Shown here: in pieces, positions 54,401-64,000 of the stretch
Position numbering within the stretch: position 1 is the stretch's first letter
Layout of the letters: every line of letters begins with the position of its first letter
Assembly (NCBI RefSeq): GCF_009914755.1
Contig: NC_060936.1
Strand: one strand, 5' to 3'
DNA from: the human T2T-CHM13v2.0 reference genome, Homo sapiens
DNA length: 64,000 nt
The notes under the pieces: model-generated
Database searches by the model: none
The model's input: the letters and a program-made list of their open reading frames with translations, nothing else
What the model was told of the DNA's origin: nothing
Program-made: the position numbers and the translations under genes

Positions 54401-57400
54401 TAAATAAAATATTTCTCATTAAGCATTTAGTACCATAAATATCATGCAGCACCATCTTGATGAGTTACAGTAGTTATTACATTTATTTCTTTTGAGTTTG
54501 TATTTCCAATGGCTGCAGAGGTGTTTACATCCAAAAGGTCACAAAACGTGCAGTGTTTCTTTCCCTCTATCTGTTTCAGACATCTATCATTACATTTATG
54601 ACTTACATATTTTCAGATCTAACATGAATAACCACTTTAAATTTTAATTAAACTGTTAGCTTTTTCAAATTTTATTAAGCAGAATGAATTAGATACTAAG
54701 GAATAGTGGGGATTGAGAACACTGAGGAATACAAGCATGTCTAAGGATATTCAAACTTAGTTTTGATTTTGGTTTTGAACTTGTTCCATCCAAAACAAGA
54801 TAGATATTTCAAATTTTACTTATTGAAATGGATGGAAATAATAATGGTAATTGTAATAACATCATTTTTCAGATTAAAATTTATATTTATATTTATAAAT
54901 GTTGTGGCTTTAGGGTTTTAATAAATTCCATCTTTAGTTTCTCCCCTACATTTACAACTGACCAGAAGATGTACGCATGACGGAAACAAATGAAGATCAA
55001 GATTCAGCTTTCTAGAGTGATGCATATAGTTTCCATGTATAGCTACAATGTGCTTAATAATCTCTCACTCCAGAATTAACTTACTCTCCCAAACTGTAGT
55101 CCTCATCCTTATACAGACAAAGCCTATCCAAGTCTGGTTATCATATGACAAGAAAAGCAGATCACATTGTCTGTGCAATACCCACAGGACACTGAGTTAA
55201 TAACTCACTTCTATTCCCTTGGCATGAGAGAGTGAGAAAGTGTAAAAATATGAAGGTGTCCCATCCAGGCTTTTCCCTTTAGAAAGCAGCATGGAAATTC
55301 TCTCACTTTTATGCATATATTAGTGGGGGAAAAGCGCCCGTCCCTCATAACCTCTGTGGTATTATTTGAACATCAGATGATTCAAAAAGGATTTGTGCTT
55401 TTTTAGTAATACCACTAATGTAAGATTAAAGGAAATTACTAACCCAACCAAATAGCAATATGATCAATTACTAACATTAATTGTTATACTATCCTAATTA
55501 TGAAACAAAAGACAAGAGGAAGTTAACATAAATGATTTGAGGTTAATATAAATAGTATAAATACTCTGTGCTTTCTATAACCTTAAAGAAAGTTCACACA
55601 TCTTTTAGATTGTTCAAAAAATAATAGCAGTTAATAGCCCACAATCATATCTTACTATCAGACAAAAATATATAAATTCAAAGCTTGCTGTTTGGGGGGA
55701 TCTGAAAATGCAGTCTGAAAACTTCTATCATCCCGTCAAAGGGGAAACAGGAAATCAGGGGAAATGGGCGAGAAGAGGGGCTGGTTGTTCTTAAAGACGA
55801 ATAATGAACACCTGCCTTGTGTGTAGTGTGGGTTTCTCATAAGTGCTGACATAGGAAAACACTCCAGGGATTTGGGGAAATTGGTGATCTAGTAAAATAT
55901 GGTCTTTAGCTAAAGGTCAAATGAAATTGTACTGGAAACCTTGGGGATACTTTAAAATGGGAGCTAAAGACAGGGGGCTGCTCATTAGAGCTTGTGCTTA
56001 AGTACCGGTTTCACTTTATCAGGGAAATTGTTCATTTGTCTGAAAATGTGACCTCTGTCAGTTTGCCACGCAGGCTAGGCCCGGGGGTGATCTTAGGCTC
56101 ACGTGAGCTTGCAGAAGTTAACACTACCTAGGGACTACTTTCAAAGGACACTGCCAAGGTTAGCAGACTCAAAATCTGACCTTCCTCCTCTTCCTTTCCA
56201 TTTATATCTGTTTGTAAAGTTCAAATCGTTCTTTTTATTTCCCCAAAAAAGAAAGCGCTTCAAATGCAATAAAATGATAAAAAGATTCCAAAGGGATGCA
56301 GCTATAAAAAGAGAAGGTGAAATAAAAATGTTTCATCTAGGAAAGCTGGTTATTTAGGGAAATATAATTCAGATAGCTAGGTAACAATTACCATATTTCT
56401 TAACCTAGATTACATTTAGCCTTAAAATTTTATGGCTACTACCTTTGAAACAGAAGCAAGTATTACTGCTAACGGATTAATGAAGGAGGAGAGAAGCTTT
56501 TCAATAGAATGCTTGTTATCCAGAGAAGCTAATAATTAGAAATTCTTCAAACTGCCCAAATATTTGGACCCTCTTATCACATATCACTAAGCTGCAACAG
56601 AAAAAAGAATTATGGGCTAGATTAAATGGCATGGATATATAATTATGAAAAAAGCTGAATTTTAAAAATCTGCGTTGAGCACCTATTGCATGCTAAGATT
56701 TCTGTTTTTTATTTGATGTCACTATATAAAATTATGCTTTTGAATCTATCTACTTGCTTATTATCAGTTCTTTCCTATTAGTGTGTATGCTTCCAGAGGG
56801 AATGGACTTTGTCTTATTAACTGCTGTCTTACTGACATCTAGAGCAGCACCTAGTATGGTACCTGCTTGTACTATTTCTACATAGTACCTATTTATACTA
56901 GTTTACTCTTTCTTTAATGAATAAACACACATGACACACATACTAACATATATTATCTCATTCAAGCATGTTAACAACCATGTGAACTAGCTGTTTGAAA
57001 AGTAAAAATGTTGATTTTTATACTCATAGTTAATGAATGATAAAAAATGTAACTGTGACTTCTAATTCTATGGCCTTCTCACTATAAATAGAAAACATTT
57101 TTATTTGTAATAGAAAAAGCATTTTTATTTATACTGCTAGCATAGAGCCCTCAACAATTTTCTTAGCATAATTAAAATTACTGTGTGTTAAGCACTTTAC
57201 TGGGAATTTTGCACACATTCGTTTATACATATGTGGGAAAAGTAAGCTTGAACCATTAGAAATGTTTAGTATTCCACTACTTTAAACTTGCATACATAGC
57301 AATTTCACATGGTTCCATATAATATTAACTCCATTTTACAGGGGAGTTATTGAATGTTAGAGAAATTAAATAAATTATACAAGGTCCAATATCAGTGAGC

Positions 57401-59940
57401 AATAAACTTAAGATCGAAACCAGCACTTAATTGCAAATACCATGTTCTTTCATTTGTTTCTCAAATATGATTTTGGCTGTGAAACCCTAGGGGTGCTACA
57501 GTCAGCGCTAAACATGGCATAGTAATTTGGATATTCTCTTTCTTTTAAAATGATCATGGATTTATATAAAGTAACATGTGAAATGATATGACTACATGTC
57601 TATTTAAGACAACAGAAGGCTTCAGAGACATTTCACACTGTATGTGATCACTCTATCAGGAATGCTCTATCAGGAAACTGTAAGAAGCAGAGTACACTCA
57701 CTCCTGGAGCTTCCTTCCCTACCATCATTTTAGAGCAAATGCCCATGATGAGTTAGCCATTAAGCAACACAATTGTATAACCTACTGGGAACAAGGAAAA
57801 AAAAGTTATTTTCTTTGGGAAAAGAAAAAACTACCTGTTATAAATGTCAATATGCAGTGATGTGCTTCATATAGGGCAGCCAATGTGAAAGTAAACATTA
57901 AAATGTTTTCTAATCGTTGAGAAATGGATATAGATGGATGTGGTATATACTTAGGTAATATGTACTATTTTGGGAGATTAAGAAAGATATTTTCTCTGTT
58001 TTTAATTGCATTCTATGTGCATTTTTTTCTTTCCCTCTCAAATTGTTTTTAAATGCTAAAAAATGTATTTGCTGCATTTCTATTATGTTACACATCATTA
58101 AAATGAAAGAGTACTTCTGGAGAACTCTACTAAGAGTTCTAAGATTACTAAATCTAAGAGGTAGTTTTTCATATCTGGTTGTTATTTAGGAATTTATGAA
58201 ATCTCCAAATACCTTTTGATTTTTCATTTAAACAGTATATGAAAAAGATTCAGAGATACAAAGTATACAGAAGATACCGAAGAAGACACTGCTACAGAGA
58301 AATAGTGCACTGACGCAGGTGTTATTTGTATATGTAATTATCTCAATCGCTTTTCAATGAAAAGCGTTTCTTTTCAATTAGAATTCTGAATGACATTGAC
58401 TCTTTGACCTCTGGGGTTTTTGTGTTGTTTTGGGTTTTGTTTGTTGTCTTAAATTCTCATTTAATAAGCAAAAGATTATGCTGAAGAAAATTAATTTAGA
58501 TGTAATTATATGTTTAACTGATTCCTCTACTGCTACTCAAATTTCTATTTGCCTCTTTTTTAAGCAGTAAGAAAATGTCTATGCAGAAGTAACTATTCAT
58601 GCTAGCACTTCATTGGAGTTGTATTAAGAAGTAATAAGGAGGGCAGCAATAGTGTTTGTTTTTAAGTGGATTATAATGCTATATAATGTGAGTGAGGATA
58701 ACTTCTATAATTCTTAATAGGGATAGGCTGATGAGTTTATTTTTTCTCTTAAGAAGAAAAAAAAATTAAAGTCATGATTAGACTAAGATTTGAAAGGAGA
58801 TAAACAGTACTAAGACCCAGTGCCTTTCACTACCTTGCCATCTGGAGCTAATTGTATTAGTTATGGTAATAGTGCCCTCCAGAGGAATTTTGCAGGAATT
58901 TGAAAGGCTAAGAAGAAACAGGGAACTAGAAGGCTCTGGATGTGATGAATTTAAATATTAGCTTTAAAAGTAAATTAACATTTTAATCTTATGTAGATAT
59001 TAATATATCCTTTTCTTTAAATGTGATGCTAAAAGCTGACACTATATCCATGACTATAAATATCAACAAACATACACTTTTTAATATTTTAGGCCACCTG
59101 TGAATATTTACATATTATATTCTTAATATAATCTGCAATATCTTATCCATTTAAAAGGATATTTAGCTCGAGAAAACAGTAAAGGACTGAGATTCAAGAA
59201 TTCAAAACCATGATCTTCTTAATTTTCCTTCTTGGTATTCATTTGGCAAGTTCTTCAGAGTTTAGTGTAAGTAAATTGTAATTTTATATTAGTATCCCAG
59301 AAATAAGGTAAAATTGTAAATTGCCATCATCAATTATTAGAAGTAAATTGAAATGGGAAAACCCAAAGCACTAATTATGGATGGCAAGGCAAAATTATTA
59401 TAGCACCACAAAGCATCAACACGTTAAAAATAGATAATTAGTACAGAAAAAGGAAAATATGAGGCCTCCTTATCGTTGTCATTTTAAATATTTAAACTTT
59501 TTTAATTTTAGAGAATGCATAATGACTGTTTCACATGATAATTTATTATTATTATCATCAAAATTGCTTTTGCTATTTTATCATTCTAGGCACTGAGGCA
59601 AATTCCGGGAAAAGGGAATTCATATTTAATGATTTGATGGCTTTTTACCACACATGCCAGCATGATTTTCTGCATTTGAAGTCTTGGAGGATAAAGCAGA
59701 TTAGCAGAAAGCATTTGCCCTCAAGAATTTACTAAAACAACTGTAAAGAGCTGAAATTTTTATCTTCAAATATGATACGAAAGGTTTTCTTAAAGAAGAA
59801 CCATGTTGGCATGGAAAAATATTTCATTCAGCTGCTTGGTGTAGAGGTGATGGCAAACATGAAAACTGATCATATTTAAGAAGCTCTACATGAAAAAAGG
59901 GAGAATTTTTCTATTTCTTGCTCCTTAGAAAGGGAAGGGA

Positions 59941-60409
<469 letters not shown>

Positions 60410-60597
60410 TTATTTCTTTAATATTTCAGCGTGCAGATAATATGTAATTTATATAGCAGACACCAGTGGGCACGCTACCTAAGAATAACAAACATTACCA
60501 TATTTGCCATATTTATTTGGTATGTCTCTTTTATGTAAAAAAATATATTTTATATGTCTCTTTTATGTAAAAAAATAAAGAAATAAAGATATAGTTA

Positions 60598-61193
<596 letters not shown>

Positions 61194-61643
61194 TCGCAAG
61201 ACCCTATTTCTAAATAAATAATTAAATAAAGTTAAAGCATATTCTCATATTCTTCCCTCATCCTGCTTCCCAAGTGGAAAGTGTTATTCTGAACTCAGTG
61301 TGTATATCCCTGTAAATATTTTTTACACCTTGAATATGATTATATCCGTATGTACATATGTGTATGTATATGTAACTCAAATTATTGTGCTTAATGATCA
61401 GAATTCATATACTTGTTATACTATGAAGATATTTTACTTTTCACTCAATATTATTTTCTTATTTTTGTACTTTCATATGTAAAGGTCTAGTTCATTAATT
61501 TGCAGTTGCTCTTTAGTGCCCAATCTTATGAGTAAGCCGTGATATATTTATCCCTGATATTGGTATACTGTTAGCCATTTATTGCTTTTTAATGTTACAA
61601 ACAAATTTCAATGAATCCCTCAGTATAACCTCAAACAACTTTG

Positions 61644-61713
61644 AGAAAGTTGCCAAGGTAGTTATCTAAAACATAATTATTTTACTTTTAGATAACTACC
61701 TTGGCAACTTTCT
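61644..61713. repeat. Perfect 28-bp inverted repeat with 14-nt loop
   Basis: agaaagttgccaaggtagttatctaaaa (61644-61671) / ttttagataactaccttggcaactttct (61686-61713). Confidence 0.95.
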
Positions 61714-63237
61714 TTTCCATATTAATTATCACATCATCAAAGTATAATGACAACTATTCTTTCCAATTATTATCACTTACTTTTTCTCTTGTCATGTTTT
61801 ATTGGCTAGTACCTTCAGTACAATGTTGAATAGACATAGTGTTAGTAATTCTCCTCTTTAATTCATTATGACTGTAATTGTTTTAAATATCTTTGACCAA
61901 GAATCATATTTGTTAGGTATTTCTGTTTATATTGTATTGATATTTCTTTCTTTCTAGTTATGTTGGATAATTTTTATTAGGATGGGAATGTTCTCATCCA
62001 TTCCAAGTTTACTAAGACTTTTTATCTTGAATTAGTGTAAAATTTTAACTTATAAATATTTACGTATACTGAGATAGTCATACGCTTTTTTTCTTCGAGT
62101 GTTAAAATGTAAATAAATCTTAATATGTTTCCAATGGTAAAACATTCTTAGGTTAAAATCAACCTGCTTATGAGACACTACCTGTTTTCTCTTTAAAATA
62201 CTATATTTAGGATTTTTGTTTTTATGTTCAAAAATAAACTTAAACTATAATTTTCCTTTGTCTTTGTTTGTTTGTTTGCTTTGGCAAACCAAGTTATAAT
62301 AACCTCACAAAATAGTTGGTCAGTTTCCACCATTTTCCACTCTGCATAAGTTTATACGCAATAAAGTATTTGTTCCTTCAATGTTTTGTATAGCTCATAA
62401 ATGAATTTTTTAAAAAACTTCTACTCTATGTTGGAAGCCTTTGATCATGATTTTGTTGATTAAATATTCTATATCCTAATATTTGTTTTCTTTAGCAGTT
62501 TTTAAAGGATTGGGTTAAAAACTTCAAAATTTCAAAATATTATTGAATATTTTTAAGTGTCTCATTTTAATTACTTTAACTTTTATTCAGTAAATTTTAA
62601 GGTTATATTACCAGGTTCATTCAGATTTAGGATAGATATTCCCCTTCTGTCGAAAATTTGCTGTATCTCTAGAATATCCCTATTTGCTAATAATGTTCTT
62701 TTTGCTTCCAGTTTATTTTTCTGTCATGTTAATATTAATATCTCAATTTTCTTTTGATAAGTATCACCTGACATACATTTTTATATAAATTCTAAAACAT
62801 CTGTTTTAGATATGTTCAATATTTAATATTGTTTACATAGCATATAGTATATTTCATTACTGTTTATTTTGTCTCCCATTCTGGAAATTGAGTTTCCTGG
62901 GGAAAGAAATTTTTATTTGATTCATTGTTTTACTAAAAGTATCTAGAACAATGCTTGGCATATACTAGGTTCTCAAAAGATACCATGAATAAATTTTTCA
63001 TAATGTATTTCACAAATTGCATTTAACCAGACACCTTTATATTTTAATTCAAACTCAGGGTCATTTTCTTTTAATTTGGAAGATATTTTATTTGTTATTT
63101 ATTATAATTACCAAAAATGTGGATTTATTTCTACATGTTATTTGTGCAATATTTGCCATAATTTTTAACACACTTTGTTATCCATTCTTTGTCTTTCTTC
63201 TCCCATTTTACCTGATTTTTCTTTATTTCCTTTCTTC

Positions 63238-64000
63238 TTTTTTTATTAATATGTAATAATTTACATATTTATGGGGTACATGTGAACATTTGTTACTTGC
63301 AAAGAATATATAATGACCAAGTCGGGGCATAGGTATATCCATCACCTTGGGTGTTTATCAGTTTTATGTATTGGTATTTTTTCAAGACCTCCCTTCTAGT
63401 TACTTTGAAATATGCATAATATTATTGCTAAGGATAGTCACCCTAGTCTGCTATCAAACATTTGAACTCATTTCTTCTATCTAACCATATGTTTGTAACC
63501 ATAGCCAACCCCACTTCATCCCGCACACACCCCCCAAACTTGACACTTCTGTAATCTATTGTTCTATTCTCTATCTCCATGAGATCAAGTTCTTTAGCTC
63601 CCACGTCAGTGAGAATATGCAGTATATGTCTTTCTGTGCCTGGTTTATTTCTTTTAACATAATGACCTCCACTTCCATACATACTGCTTCAAGTGACATG
63701 ATTTATTTTTTCTGGCTCTGTAGTATTCCATGGTGTATATCTATCACATTTTCTTTATGGATTCACTGTGGAATCCATGAAGTGATGGAATCAACATACT
63801 CATTGATGGACACTTAGAATGACGTCCAAATATTTGCTATCATGAATAGTGATGCAATAAACATGCAAGTGTAGGTATCTCTTTGATATACTTATTTCTT
63901 TTCCTTTAGATAGATACCTGGTAGTGGAATTCTGGGGTCATATGGTAGTTCTATTTTAAGTTTTTTGAGAAATTGTCAACTGTTCTCCACAGTGGTTATA
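63238..64000 (-). mobile_element. L1MA (L1MA2-4-like) 3' end, cut by window edge
   Basis: tacatatttatggggtacatgtg..; ORF 63443..63682 reads through the L1 ORF2 end and 3'UTR. Confidence 0.85.

Noticed and set aside
60521-60577. 25-bp local duplication (similar small ones at 17721 and 16473)
   Set aside because: Ordinary slippage duplications without further structure

Overview
AT-rich primate (human-like) genomic DNA, made up mostly of interspersed repeats, with no recognisable host protein-coding gene. Two nested insertion complexes stand out. (1) At 3876-13228, an Hsmar1 mariner transposon with both TIRs is split by a MER61-like ERV1 remnant, which is itself split by an LTR10/HERVIP10-type provirus (6620-12494, TSD ATAG, tRNA-Pro PBS). 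(2) At 29052-37691, a solo LTR6B-like (HERV-T/S71) LTR with TSD GAAG is split by an oppositely oriented, env-containing HERV-H/LTR7 provirus (29590-37660, TSD AATTC, tRNA-His PBS). Its env keeps a 359-aa SU-only open frame and has a stop just before the membrane anchor. The rest comprises about 13 Alus, L1PA/L1MA/L1M fragments, MIR/L2/MLT/MER81 relics, a U2 snRNA fragment and several fold-back inverted repeats, including a perfect 28-bp stem at 61644-61713. Family names come from recalled consensus sequences, not a database search. I cannot support a new multi-gene system here; the best leads are the truncated HERV-H env, the divergent LTR6B/LTR7 junction and the template-switch hairpins.
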